Numbered from the stretch's first letter, positions 11,749-21,422 are shown. The stretch: DNA of 64,000 nt from Candidatus Zixiibacteriota bacterium (GCA_017999435.1 JAGNLV010000001.1:794993-858992); one strand, 5' to 3'. Numbers and translations are program-made. The notes: generated by a model from the sequence alone, not told the origin.

Positions 11749-12675
11749 CTAGTCGAGCGCCGCCTCGTCGCTCCCCCGCCGCCGGCGCCGCTCCGGCTTG
11801 ATCACTTCGGCCGTCCCGCCGGAAATTTCGACGAGCCGCCGGATCACCTCCTCGACGAGGAAGTCGGGCGTCGACGCCCCCGCGGTCACCCCCACCTGCG
11901 CGATGTCGGTCTCTTCGGCAAACCACTCATCCCGGATGTCGGCCGCCGAGGCAATCAGAATCCCCCGCCCGCAGATCGCGTTGGCGATCCGCGCGAGCCG
12001 GTTGGAGTTGGCCGAGCTCGCCGACCCCACGACCAGCACCATGTCCACCTGCGGCGCGAGATCCATCACCGCGTTCTGCCGCTGCGTGGTCGCGTTGCAG
12101 ATCGTGTTGAAAACCTCAATGTGGGGCCACTTCTCCCGCGCCAGCTCTTCGACCGCCGCTACGTCGTCCATGTGCGCCGTCGTCTGCACCGTCAGCCCCA
12201 GCCGGCGGTCGGCCCATTCGGGAAGGGCGAGCAGTTCCTCCCGCGAGGACACGACGGTGATGTGCCCGGGGGCGTGTCCGACCACCCCGCGCGTCTCATC
12301 GTGATCCCTCTCCCCCCAGTGGATGACGTGGTAGCCGTTCTTGACGATCTTGTCGAGAATGATGTAGATCCGCTCCACGAGCGGGCAGGTGGCGTCGACG
12401 AGGTTGAGCCCGCGGTTCCGCGCGGCCTCTTTCACCGCCGGGGCCACGCCGTGGGCCGAGATGATGAGCGTGCCGCCGTCCACGTCGTCCACGGCGAAGG
12501 CCTGGCCCACGCCCTGGGCGCGGAATTTCGCCACCACGGCGTCGTTGTGCACGATCTCGTTGAGGATGGTCACCGGGCCCGCCGCCCGCTGCGCCGTCTC
12601 CTCGGCGATCTGGATCGCCCGCTTGACCCCCATGCAGAACCCGTGGTGCCGCGCGATGTGTATTTTCTTCAGCAT
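11749..12675 (-). CDS. ispH: 4-hydroxy-3-methylbut-2-enyl diphosphate reductase
   Basis: Trimmed to the internal Met MLKKIHIARHHGFCMGVKRAI (start codon 12673-12675). The upstream extension is Arg/Ala-rich junk that overlaps lipA. IspH motifs HGFCMGV, TCPLV and SSANSNRL are present. Confidence 0.85.
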   Translation of the reverse strand: MLKKIHIARHHGFCMGVKRAIQIAEETAQRAAGPVTILNEIVHNDAVVAKFRAQGVGQAFAVDDVDGGTLIISAHGVAPAVKEAARNRGLNLVDATCPLVERIYIILDKIVKNGYHVIHWGERDHDETRGVVGHAPGHITVVSSREELLALPEWADRRLGLTVQTTAHMDDVAAVEELAREKWPHIEVFNTICNATTQRQNAVMDLAPQVDMVLVVGSASSANSNRLARIANAICGRGILIASAADIRDEWFAEETDIAQVGVTAGASTPDFLVEEVIRRLVEISGGTAEVIKPERRRRRGSDEAALD

Positions 12676-13631
12676 GATTGCTCCAGCAGGCGCCGGGACT
12701 GCTCGAAAGCCTTGTACGAGCTGCGCACGAGCGGTCCGGCCTCGACGTGCCCGAACCCGATGGCCCGCCCCAGCGCGGCCATCTCGGCAAACTCCTCCGG
12801 CGCGTAGAAGCGCTCGATCGGCAGATGGTGGGGCGAGGGCCGCAGGTACTGGCCGATCGTCACGATGTCGCACCCGGCCGCGTAGATCTGCTCCAGCAGT
12901 TCCCGGATCTCCTCCCCCGTTTCGCCCAGGCCGACCATGAACCCGGTCTTCACCACCGGCCGCGGGCGGTAGCGGTCGGCGGTCCGGAGGATCTCCAGCG
13001 ACCGGTCCAGTTTCATCCCCGGCCGCACCCGCTTGTACAGCCGCTGCACGGTTTCGACGTTGTGCGCGAGCACGTCGACGCCGCTGGCCAGCACGACCGC
13101 GAGGGCGTCGAGATTGCCGCGAAAATCAGGTATGAGGAACTCGACCTTGACGTCAGAATCCTGCCTTCGGAGGGCCTCTATAGTCCGGGCAAAAATAGAG
13201 GCGCCTCCATCCGGCAGGTCATCTCGCGTGACCGAGGTGATCACGACTTGTTTCAGATTGAGCTGGGCGACCGCCGCCGCCACCCGGTTCGGCTCGTCTT
13301 CGTCCAGCCCCGTCGGGAGCGCTTTCTGCACATCGCAGAAGTTGCACCCGCGCGTGCAGTACTTCCCCAGGATCATGAAGGTGGCCGTCCCTCCCTCCCA
13401 GCACTCCCTGATATTGGGACAGGCCGCCTCCTGGCAGACCGTGTGGAGCCCGTGGGCGACCAGCAGGTTCTTGATCCGGTCATAGTTGGGCGAATAGCCG
13501 GCCCGCGTCTTCATCCACCGCGGCAGCCGCACTCCCGGCACCATCGCCCGCTCCCGCCGGGGAGGGGCCTGGGGCGACGGCGCGTGGGCTGAGCGGTCGC
13601 CGACCGACTGGGTAAAAAAGACTTTTTGCAT
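12669..13631 (-). CDS. lipA: lipoyl synthase
   Basis: 320 aa. CPNIRECW auxiliary cluster and CTRGCNFC radical-SAM motif. Stop overlaps the ispH start by 7 nt. Confidence 0.9.
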   Translation of the reverse strand: MQKVFFTQSVGDRSAHAPSPQAPPRRERAMVPGVRLPRWMKTRAGYSPNYDRIKNLLVAHGLHTVCQEAACPNIRECWEGGTATFMILGKYCTRGCNFCDVQKALPTGLDEDEPNRVAAAVAQLNLKQVVITSVTRDDLPDGGASIFARTIEALRRQDSDVKVEFLIPDFRGNLDALAVVLASGVDVLAHNVETVQRLYKRVRPGMKLDRSLEILRTADRYRPRPVVKTGFMVGLGETGEEIRELLEQIYAAGCDIVTIGQYLRPSPHHLPIERFYAPEEFAEMAALGRAIGFGHVEAGPLVRSSYKAFEQSRRLLEQSC

Positions 13632-14252
13632 CTACGAATATATATTAGCGGCGGCCGTTCGCAACAAGTATTTTCGCAGGAAATATTCCACCAACGTCGT
13701 GTCTTCCCCCAGCTCGGTGTGGAACGAGCTCGCCAGCACCCGCCCGGCCGCCACCAGGACCGGCGCCCCCCGGTACTCGGCCAGGGCGGTCACCCCCGGC
13801 CCGACCCGGGTCACGCGGGGCGCCCGAATAAAGGTGGCCGCCAGCGCCGTCGCGGCCGGGCCCAGGCGCGCCGCCAGGTGCGCCTCGAACGAGAAGACCT
13901 GCCGCCCGTAGCCGTTGCGCACGACCGTGATATCGATGAGCCCGAGCGGCCGCACCCCGGCCTGGTTGTCCTCGATTTCCCGCGCCGCCATGATCATTCC
14001 CGCGCAGGTGCCCCACACCGGCCTCGTCTGTGCGAACGCGCGCAGCGGCTCACGCAACGCAAACCGGTCCATGAGAATGTTCATCGTGGTTGACTCGCCG
14101 CCCGGCATGATCAGCCCGTCCAGCCCCTCGAGGTCGGCCGGTCTCCGCACTTCCCGCGCTTTCGCCCCGACCCGCCGGAGCTGGTACAAATGGCGCTCGA
14201 AATCCCCCTGGAGCGCCAGCACGCCGACTGTCAGTTTGCCGTATTCACTCAT
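13632..14252 (-). CDS. pdxT: pyridoxal 5'-phosphate synthase glutaminase subunit
   Basis: 206 aa. GVLALQGDFERH, GLIMPGGESTTM, WGTCAGMI (catalytic Cys) and VRNGYGRQ match PdxT. Stop abuts the lipA start. Confidence 0.85.
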   Translation of the reverse strand: MSEYGKLTVGVLALQGDFERHLYQLRRVGAKAREVRRPADLEGLDGLIMPGGESTTMNILMDRFALREPLRAFAQTRPVWGTCAGMIMAAREIEDNQAGVRPLGLIDITVVRNGYGRQVFSFEAHLAARLGPAATALAATFIRAPRVTRVGPGVTALAEYRGAPVLVAAGRVLASSFHTELGEDTTLVEYFLRKYLLRTAAANIYS

Positions 14253-14384
14253 GGCGGTTCCGCGTTCCCCGTCTCATCTCAGGCTTCAGCAACAACTATA
14301 GGGCGTCAAAAGTGCCCGAAATAAAGTCCCCTCCCCGCCGGCGGTCAAGCCCGTCATGCGCCCCGACCGGTCTCCCCGGCCCCC

Positions 14385-15647
14385 CTATTTGAGAACGATC
14401 ATCTTTCGCACGGCCGACCGTCCTGCCCCTTCGAGGCGGCAGAGGTAAACGCCGCTGGCGACCGGCTTGCCGCTGTCGTCCCGTCCATCCCAGCGCACCT
14501 CGTGCCGTCCCGCCCCCCGGACGCCGTCGGCCAAAGTTGCGACATGGCGGCCGAGTGCGCTGCAAACAGCCAGCCGCACCGCCGCGCGCGCGGGCAACTC
14601 GAAGGCGATCACGGTCGAAGCGTTAAACGGGTTCGGGTAGTTCTGCTCGAGCGCCATCGCCCGCGGCAGGGCAGGCGGCTCGCCGTCCGCCCCCGTGCCG
14701 TCGAAGTACTGCTCGATCCGCTCCACCAGGGGCGCGGCCCCCGGTTCGAGCGTCACCAGGTCGCCGTCGGTCAGCCACGTCCAACCCTCCCCCGAGACCG
14801 TCGGCGGCTGCGACATCACCGCCGCAAAGGCCGAGTCCCCGGCCTCGGCGGCGTAGCAGAGCGTGTTCCCCTCGGCGTAGGCCCAGAGTGCGGCGCCGTC
14901 GCTGAGCAGAAAATTCAACTGCGGCGCCGCGATCGCCGCACGCAGCCGTTCCACCGCCGCCCCGAGCGCCGGCTTGACCGCGAAAGCGTAGTCCTCGAGG
15001 CATTGCAGAAGGAAAATCTGGTAGAGATCGGAGTCGATCCACTCGGCCGCGTTGCTCCCGTACTGCGGTGGGTTGGCCGCCAGGTAGTCCGGGCGGATCA
15101 GGTCAAGGAGCACCGCCTTGCCGATCGTCCCGTTGTGGGCCAGAAGCCACGTGCGGCCGCCCTTTTCGCGACGGAACGGATGCGGATCGGGGATTCCGCA
15201 CAGCCCGGAGGAGCACCGCCGGATATGGGCAAGGGCGATGGGCGGGGCCGCATAGATCAGCGCCGCCGCCGCCGTGTCGTAGCGCGGATCGTCGATGGCC
15301 GCGGCGGCTGAGCGCTCGACCACGCAAACCGGCGCCGACCCGCCCCCGCCGCCGCCCGCCGCCGATGGGTAGTACGCCAACCCCCACCCGTCGCGGTCAA
15401 ACCGGCTCAGGCTGTCGATCGAGGCCGCGCCGCCGAGGAGCTGTTCCCGGAGCGCGCTCCCCCGCGGCGTCTCCCCCGCGATCCCCCAGAGGCGGCAGTT
15501 GTGGCTGCGGTCGGCCGGCCGACCCGGCGCGCGCGGCATTTCCGGCAGCGCCGCGAGCACCAGCCCGCACCAGAGCAGGACCGGAAGAAGACGGAGAATA
15601 GCCGAGGGCGGTCGCGGCGGGCGTGTCATACGCCCATCATAGGTCAT
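14385..15647 (-). CDS. secreted class-II glutamine amidotransferase-like Ntn hydrolase with T9SS type-A C-terminal sorting domain
   Basis: 420 aa. Signal peptide is followed by CRLWGIAG, an N-terminal nucleophile Cys as in YafJ/class-II GATases. C-terminus NYPNPFNASTVIAFELP...VRWDGRDDSGKPVASGVYLCRL...KMIVLK is a T9SS CTD. Confidence 0.65.
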   Translation of the reverse strand: MTYDGRMTRPPRPPSAILRLLPVLLWCGLVLAALPEMPRAPGRPADRSHNCRLWGIAGETPRGSALREQLLGGAASIDSLSRFDRDGWGLAYYPSAAGGGGGGSAPVCVVERSAAAAIDDPRYDTAAAALIYAAPPIALAHIRRCSSGLCGIPDPHPFRREKGGRTWLLAHNGTIGKAVLLDLIRPDYLAANPPQYGSNAAEWIDSDLYQIFLLQCLEDYAFAVKPALGAAVERLRAAIAAPQLNFLLSDGAALWAYAEGNTLCYAAEAGDSAFAAVMSQPPTVSGEGWTWLTDGDLVTLEPGAAPLVERIEQYFDGTGADGEPPALPRAMALEQNYPNPFNASTVIAFELPARAAVRLAVCSALGRHVATLADGVRGAGRHEVRWDGRDDSGKPVASGVYLCRLEGAGRSAVRKMIVLK

Positions 15648-15793
15648 TCGCTCCCTCCCGGCAACCGATTTGGGCGGGATCGGATCCCCCGGCCCGGCGG
15701 CGATTTTCGATGCTCCCCTCTTTCCTCTGGCCCGCCGGTGTCGTATTTTGCGGGCAACGGACCGGGCGGCGGCACTCTCCGACCCGGGCCGGG

Positions 15794-17932
15794 ATGGTCC
15801 CTATGAACGATCCGCATGTCGACACTGTCGCCCGCGAACTCGGCCTCCGGCCCTCTCAGGTCGAGGCCGCCGTGCGCCTGCTCGACGACGACGCGACTAT
15901 CCCGTTCATCGCCCGCTACCGCAAGGAGGCCACGGACAGTCTCGATGAAGTCGCGATCGCTTCGATTCGCGACCGGGTCACGCAATTGCGCGAGCTGGAC
16001 AAGCGGCGCGCGGCGATCGTCAAATCGCTCGACGAACGCGGTCTCCTCACGCCCGAACTCGAAGCCCGCCTGGCCGCGGCCGCGACCATGGCGGTGCTTG
16101 AGGACCTCTACCTTCCCTACCGGCCGAAACGCCGCACCCGCGCCGCCATAGCCCGCGAGCGCGGCCTCGAGCCGCTGGCGGAACTGCTCTTCGCCCAGGA
16201 CGCCCTCGATCCGGCGGCCGAGGCCGGGGCCTTTGTCGACCCCGCGAAAGACGTCGCAACCGCCGCCGACGCCCTCGCGGGGGCCCGCGACATCATCGCC
16301 GAGTGGGTGAATGAGGACGCCGATGCCCGCGCCCGCCTCCGCGCACTCTTCGCGCGCGCGGCGACGATCCGCTCGCACGTCATCGCCGGCCGGGAAACCG
16401 AGGGGGCCAAATTCGCCGACTATTTCGACTGGGAGGAACCCGCCGCCAAAGCCCCGTCGCACCGCTACCTCGCCATCCGCCGGGGGGAGACCGAGGGCGT
16501 CCTCTCGGTGCGCCTGCTTCCCCCCGAGGCTTCCGCGCTCGCCATCCTCGAAACGATCTTCCTCATGGCCGACAATCCCGCGGCCGAGCAGGTACGCGAG
16601 GCGGTGCACGACTCCTACAAGCGTCTCCTTGCCCCCGCTCTGGAGACTGAGCTGCGCGCTACCCTCAAAGAGCGCGCCGACGCCGAGGCGGTCCGCGTCT
16701 TCGCCGACAACCTCCGCGAACTGCTGATGGCTCCGCCTCTCGGGCGCAAGGCGGTGCTCGCTATCGACCCCGGCTTTCGCACCGGCTGCAAAGTCGTCGC
16801 CCTCGACCGCCAGGGCAAACTCCTCGACCACCTCGCCGTCTTCCCGCACAGCTCCGACGCGGAGCGCCGCGATGCGGCAGTCGAGATCAAGGCCCTCTGC
16901 GCCCGGCACCGGATCAGCGTGATCGCGATCGGCAACGGCACCGCCGGCCGCGAGACCGAAGCCTTCGTCCGCGAGATCGGCCTGCCCGCCCATGTCTCGG
17001 TCGAGATGGTCAACGAATCGGGGGCCTCGGTGTACTCCGCCTCGGCGGTCGCCCGCGAGGAGTTTCCTGAGCACGATGTCACCGTGCGCGGCGCGGTGTC
17101 GATCGGCCGCCGCCTCATGGACCCGCTGGCCGAGCTCGTGAAGATCGACCCGCAGGCGATCGGGGTGGGGCAGTACCAGCACGATGTCGACCCGGGGATG
17201 CTCCGGCGGAGCCTCGACGACACCGTGATGAGTTGCGTGAACTCGGTCGGCGTCGAGGTCAACACCGCCAGCCGGGAGCTGCTCGCGTACGTATCCGGCC
17301 TTGGTCCGTCGCTGGCCCAGAACATTGTCGCGTATCGGGACGAGCACGGCCCGTTCCGGTCGCGCCGGGCTTTCGCCCGCGTCCCCCGGCTCGGGCCGAA
17401 AGCTTTCGAGCAGGCGGCCGGGTTTCTGCGGATCGCCGACGCCGACAACCCGCTCGACCGCAGCGCCGTCCACCCCGAGAGCTACCCCATCGTCGAACGC
17501 ATGGCCGCCGACCTCGGCTGTACGGTGAGCGACCTGATGGCCCGCGAGGACCTCCGCCGGCGCCTCCGCCTCGAGGACTACTGCTCGGCCGCCGTGGGAC
17601 TGCCCACTCTCACCGACATCATGGCCGAGCTGGCCAAACCCGGCCGCGACCCGCGCGGCGCCTGGGAACCGTTCCACTTCGACGATGCCGTCCGCACCCT
17701 CGAGGATCTGAAAGTCGGGATGCAGCTTCCCGGCATCGTCACCAACGTCACCGCCTTCGGCGCCTTTGTCGACATCGGCGTGCACCAGGACGGCCTGGTG
17801 CACCGGAGCGAGCTGGCCGACCGCTGGGTGCGCAACCCCGCCGAAATCGTCAAAGTCCACCAGCGCGTCAGAGTGACTGTCCTCGACGTCGACCTCGCAC
17901 GCCGCCGCATCGCTCTCTCGCTGCGCCGCTAG
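15794..17932 (+). CDS. tex: transcription accessory protein Tex (S1 RNA-binding)
   Basis: Trimmed to MVPMNDPHVDTVARELGL. The alternative ATG at 15803 is equally plausible. IPFIARYRKE, YqgF-like and HhH regions, and a C-terminal S1 domain. Confidence 0.85.
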   Translation: MVPMNDPHVDTVARELGLRPSQVEAAVRLLDDDATIPFIARYRKEATDSLDEVAIASIRDRVTQLRELDKRRAAIVKSLDERGLLTPELEARLAAAATMAVLEDLYLPYRPKRRTRAAIARERGLEPLAELLFAQDALDPAAEAGAFVDPAKDVATAADALAGARDIIAEWVNEDADARARLRALFARAATIRSHVIAGRETEGAKFADYFDWEEPAAKAPSHRYLAIRRGETEGVLSVRLLPPEASALAILETIFLMADNPAAEQVREAVHDSYKRLLAPALETELRATLKERADAEAVRVFADNLRELLMAPPLGRKAVLAIDPGFRTGCKVVALDRQGKLLDHLAVFPHSSDAERRDAAVEIKALCARHRISVIAIGNGTAGRETEAFVREIGLPAHVSVEMVNESGASVYSASAVAREEFPEHDVTVRGAVSIGRRLMDPLAELVKIDPQAIGVGQYQHDVDPGMLRRSLDDTVMSCVNSVGVEVNTASRELLAYVSGLGPSLAQNIVAYRDEHGPFRSRRAFARVPRLGPKAFEQAAGFLRIADADNPLDRSAVHPESYPIVERMAADLGCTVSDLMAREDLRRRLRLEDYCSAAVGLPTLTDIMAELAKPGRDPRGAWEPFHFDDAVRTLEDLKVGMQLPGIVTNVTAFGAFVDIGVHQDGLVHRSELADRWVRNPAEIVKVHQRVRVTVLDVDLARRRIALSLRR

Positions 17933-17948
17933 CCCGGCGGGGCGTCGG

Positions 17949-17987
17949 CTCCGCCTCCCAGGGCACGCGCGCGGAGATTTTTTCTTT
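17949..17987 (+). terminator. possible intrinsic terminator after tex (weak)
   Basis: GC-rich imperfect hairpin ctccgc...gcggag followed by attttttcttt. Confidence 0.3.
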
Positions 17988-18030
17988 GCCCGCGCGGTCC
18001 CGCCGCCGTACTTTGCGGCGAGGTCACCGT

Positions 18031-20031
18031 ATGGAACAGATCCCGATTCTGCGCGACATCGCCGTCATCTTCGCCTCCTCGCTGATCGTGCTGTACGTCT
18101 GCCACCGGCTCCGCTTCCCGACCATCGTGGGTTTTCTCGTCACCGGGGCGCTGATCGGGCCGGATGGTCTGCGCCTCATTCACGACCCTGAGAACGTTGA
18201 TCAGCTCGCCCACATCGGCGTTATCCTGCTCCTGTTCGCCATCGGGCTCGAGTTTTCTTTCCGCGGGCTGATTCGCACGGGCCGATTCGGTCTCATCGGG
18301 GGCGTGCTGCTCGTGGCGCTCAGCGCCGTGGTCTCGTGGGCGGTGGGTCTCTCGCTCGGGGTGAGCGGCCGGCTGGCCCTCTTCCTCGGCTTTCTCATCG
18401 GCACCAACTCGACCGCCATCGTCCTCAAGACGCTCCAGGAGCGGGCGCTGTTGGACAGTCCGCACGGGCGCATGACTCTCACCCTCACCGTCGTCATGGA
18501 CATCGCCATCGTCCCGACCATGCTCATCACCGGCATCCTCGCCCAGCAGTCGGGCTCGGCCGCCGGCTCCGTGCTGAGTCTGCTCGTCAAGAGCGCCGTC
18601 ATGACCGCCCTGATTGTCGTGCTCGCGCGCTGGGTCACGCCCGCCATCCTCTACCAGGTGACGCGGACGCGGAGCCGGGAGCTTTTCCTCTTGACGATCG
18701 CCCTGATCGCGATCTCCGTGACCTGGCTGTCGTCGGCGGCCGGGCTCTCCATCGGTCTCGGCGCCTTCATCGCCGGGCTCGTCATCTCCGAATCGGAGTA
18801 CAGCCACCACGCCCTCGAGGGGATTCTCCCCTTCCGCGACGTTTTCAACAGCTTCTTTTTCGTCTCGATCGGCCTGCTCTTCAACACCGGCGTCCTCCTG
18901 CAGAACGCCGTCCCCGTCCTCGCCATCACCGTGGGCGTGCTGGTGATGAAGACGCTGGTCGGTTCCGCGGTTGTTTTGGCCTTCGGGATGTCGCTGCGCA
19001 CGGCGCTGCTCATCGGGTTGGCGCTGGCGGGCATGGGTGAATTCGCCTTCATTTTGGGCAAAGTCGGTTTTGACCTCGGCCTGCTCGACACCTTCTGGTA
19101 CCAGAACGTCGTTGGCGTTTCCGTGTTGACCATGCTGGCGACGCCCTTCATGATCACGGGTGGCCCGCGCATCGCTGACCTGTTGGCCCGGCTGCCCCTC
19201 CCCTCGCGCCTTCGGCGCGGCTTCGCCCGCGGCCTGCCGGCGCTCGACGAGCGCGCCCGCGAGACCCTGCGGGACCACCTCGTCATTGTCGGCTTCGGCG
19301 TCAACGGCCGGAACGTCGCGCGCGCCGCCCGGCGGACCGGGATCCGCTATCGGATTATCGAGACCAACCCGGAGACGGTCCGCGCGGAGAGGGAGAACGG
19401 CGAGCTGATCGAATTCGGCGATGCGACCTACCCGGAGGTGCTCCGCCTGGCCGGGATCGACACCGCCCGGATCATCGTCATCGCCATCTCCGACCCGGCC
19501 GGCACCCGCCGCGTGACCCAGCTCGCCCGCGAACTCAACCCCAACCTCCACATCGTCGTCCGCACCCGCTTCGTCACCGAAGTCAATCCTCTCCGCGCGC
19601 TTGGCGCCAACGAAGTCATCCCCGAGGAATTCGAAACGTCGATTGAGATCTTCACCCGCGTGCTGAGCCGCTTTCTGGTGCCGCGCGATGAAATCGAGCG
19701 CCTCATCAGCGAAATCCGGTCGGACAGCTATGAGATGCTCCGCACCGTGTCCCACCCCGCCCCCCGCATGGCCGACCTTCCGGCCGGCATCAGCGACGTC
19801 GAAATCACGTCTGTGCGCGTCGTGCCCGATTCCCCCTTCGCCGGCCGCAACCTGGCCCAGTTGAACCTGCGCGCCCGCTGCGGCGTCAACATCCTCGCCA
19901 TCCGCCGCGGCGAGCAGGTGACGGCCAATCCCGGCGCCGACGCGGTCGTGGAAGCCGAGGATGTCCTGTACATGCTGGGCTCGCCAGCCGCCTGTCTCGC
20001 CGCCGAGCAACTCCTTCGGCCGGAAGAATGA
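18031..20031 (+). CDS. Kef-type CPA2 cation:proton antiporter with RCK (TrkA-N/TrkA-C) domains (YbaL-like)
   Basis: Trimmed to MEQIPILRDIAVIFASS (ATG 18031). About 400 aa of TM helices, then a Rossmann VIVGFGVNGRNVARA (TrkA-N) and a C-terminal TrkA-C. Confidence 0.8.
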   Translation: MEQIPILRDIAVIFASSLIVLYVCHRLRFPTIVGFLVTGALIGPDGLRLIHDPENVDQLAHIGVILLLFAIGLEFSFRGLIRTGRFGLIGGVLLVALSAVVSWAVGLSLGVSGRLALFLGFLIGTNSTAIVLKTLQERALLDSPHGRMTLTLTVVMDIAIVPTMLITGILAQQSGSAAGSVLSLLVKSAVMTALIVVLARWVTPAILYQVTRTRSRELFLLTIALIAISVTWLSSAAGLSIGLGAFIAGLVISESEYSHHALEGILPFRDVFNSFFFVSIGLLFNTGVLLQNAVPVLAITVGVLVMKTLVGSAVVLAFGMSLRTALLIGLALAGMGEFAFILGKVGFDLGLLDTFWYQNVVGVSVLTMLATPFMITGGPRIADLLARLPLPSRLRRGFARGLPALDERARETLRDHLVIVGFGVNGRNVARAARRTGIRYRIIETNPETVRAERENGELIEFGDATYPEVLRLAGIDTARIIVIAISDPAGTRRVTQLARELNPNLHIVVRTRFVTEVNPLRALGANEVIPEEFETSIEIFTRVLSRFLVPRDEIERLISEIRSDSYEMLRTVSHPAPRMADLPAGISDVEITSVRVVPDSPFAGRNLAQLNLRARCGVNILAIRRGEQVTANPGADAVVEAEDVLYMLGSPAACLAAEQLLRPEE

Positions 20032-20051
20032 CCCCCCCTGCGCCGCGGCCC

Positions 20052-20363
20052 TCAGACCGGCCGCAGAACCGTGAACGTGAGTTCCTTCCCCGCCGGCCGC
20101 CGCCCGAACCCCAGACACCCCGCCTGTTCCTCGGCCGTCACCCGCAGCTCCACCCGGGCCTCGGTGGCCGACACCACTGCCAGGCGCACGAAAAACGTCC
20201 GCCCCGATCGGAACCGGTAGTAGGCGAGCGGCCCCTCGGGGTGCGACGGAACCGTGCGGAGAAACTCGTACGGGCGGCGCGCCCACCGCAGCCGTTCCTC
20301 CTGGAGGAGGCGGTTGATATCGGGCGGCGCCAGCCGCCCCGTCTGCGGCCCCTTACTCATCAC
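20052..20363 (-). CDS. small basic hypothetical protein, paralogue of the upstream acidic ORF
   Basis: 103 aa, Arg-rich. Shares LLQEERLRW and G.L..Y.....G..F.V motifs with ORF 20353..20691. Last gene of a three-gene operon. Confidence 0.4.
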   Translation of the reverse strand: MMSKGPQTGRLAPPDINRLLQEERLRWARRPYEFLRTVPSHPEGPLAYYRFRSGRTFFVRLAVVSATEARVELRVTAEEQAGCLGFGRRPAGKELTFTVLRPV

Positions 20364-20691
20364 CCTCCTCGTCCCCCTCCCGCCGGTCGGTCGTCTCCAC
20401 CAGCATTTCTTTCTCCCCGTCGGCGTACACCATCCAAGCCGCCTCCGCCTCCCGCCCGTTCTCCTCGATGGTCACAATGAGCGAGATCTCCATCGCCCCG
20501 TCCGGGTCGGGGAAACAGACGACCTCGACCGGAAAGGCCTCGCCGCCGAAGGGCGCGAGGTAGAAGAAGAGCTCCCCATCTTCGTCATCCGGGGTCGCCT
20601 CGATCATTTCGCGCCAGTCCTCGTGCCCCCACCCGAACCAGCGCTGCCGCTCCTGGGCCAGCAGCTTTTTGATCGCCCGCTCGTCCATCAT
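20353..20691 (-). CDS. small acidic hypothetical protein, paralogue of the downstream basic ORF
   Basis: Trimmed to MMDERAIKKLLAQERQRW (start 20689-20691). This gives TGAcATG coupling with the kinase stop. The C-terminus is Glu/Asp-rich. Confidence 0.4.
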   Translation of the reverse strand: MMDERAIKKLLAQERQRWFGWGHEDWREMIEATPDDEDGELFFYLAPFGGEAFPVEVVCFPDPDGAMEISLIVTIEENGREAEAAWMVYADGEKEMLVETTDRREGDEEGDE

Positions 20692-20692
20692 G

Positions 20693-21268
20693 TCAGGAGG
20701 GGAAGAGAAACGCGATGGCCCGGTCAACCTCCCGCCGGAGGTCGTCGAGCGCGGCGTCGTTGACGATAGTGTAGTCGGCCATGGCGATCGGCCCGCCTTT
20801 TTCGAGGTTCTCGACCTCGGCGAAATCCCGCCGGCGCGCCTCCTCGGCCGTGAGCGGCCGCTCGCTGCGGCCGGCCAGCCGGGCGTACCGGATCCTGCGG
20901 GCCGAGGTGATCGCCAGCACGAGCATCCGGCTGGCCAGTGCCTCGTGGAGGTACTTGTACTCCGACCACGAGTACAGCCCGTCGATCAGCACTCTCCCGG
21001 TCTCCCGGGCTGCGAGGATCTTCGGCATGGCCAGCCGGGCGTAGGCGTCCGGACCGTGCACGCGCCGCAGTTCCTCGCGGATCGCCCGCTCGTTGCGCTC
21101 ATCGACCGTCAGCCCGCGCGCCGCGATTTCGTCGATCGTCACCTGCCCGAACCGGATCGTCGCCCACCCCCGCGCGGCCAGCATCTCCGCGGCGGTCGAC
21201 TTTCCCGACCCCGGCATACCCACGAGCGCCAGGACCGGTGCGGTCGGCGCCTTATCCGCCTTGTCCAT
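20693..21268 (-). CDS. P-loop nucleotide/nucleoside kinase-like protein (AMP/CMP-kinase-like, annotated in genomes as AAA family ATPase or dephospho-CoA kinase-like)
   Basis: Trimmed to MDKADKAPTAPVLALVGMPGSGKST (start 21266-21268). Walker A GMPGSGKST, then IDGLYSWSEYKYL and IAMADYTIVND, as in small archaeal-type kinases. Confidence 0.5.
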   Translation of the reverse strand: MDKADKAPTAPVLALVGMPGSGKSTAAEMLAARGWATIRFGQVTIDEIAARGLTVDERNERAIREELRRVHGPDAYARLAMPKILAARETGRVLIDGLYSWSEYKYLHEALASRMLVLAITSARRIRYARLAGRSERPLTAEEARRRDFAEVENLEKGGPIAMADYTIVNDAALDDLRREVDRAIAFLFPS

Positions 21269-21422
21269 CGCCGCGTAATAACGCCCCAAACCGCGCGGCG
21301 GGCAAGGAGGATTTCCCGTTTCCGCGGCGCCGCGCGCGCCCCGCGGCGGTCGGGTCGCGGACGCTTCCCCGGCCCGCATTTTTCTCCCCGCCCCCGCGCC
21401 AAATCGCGTATAATAGTGTGCT

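Noticed and set aside
17929-20286. 785-aa minus-strand ORF
   Set aside because: Antisense to the Kef/RCK antiporter. Gly/Arg/Asp low complexity.
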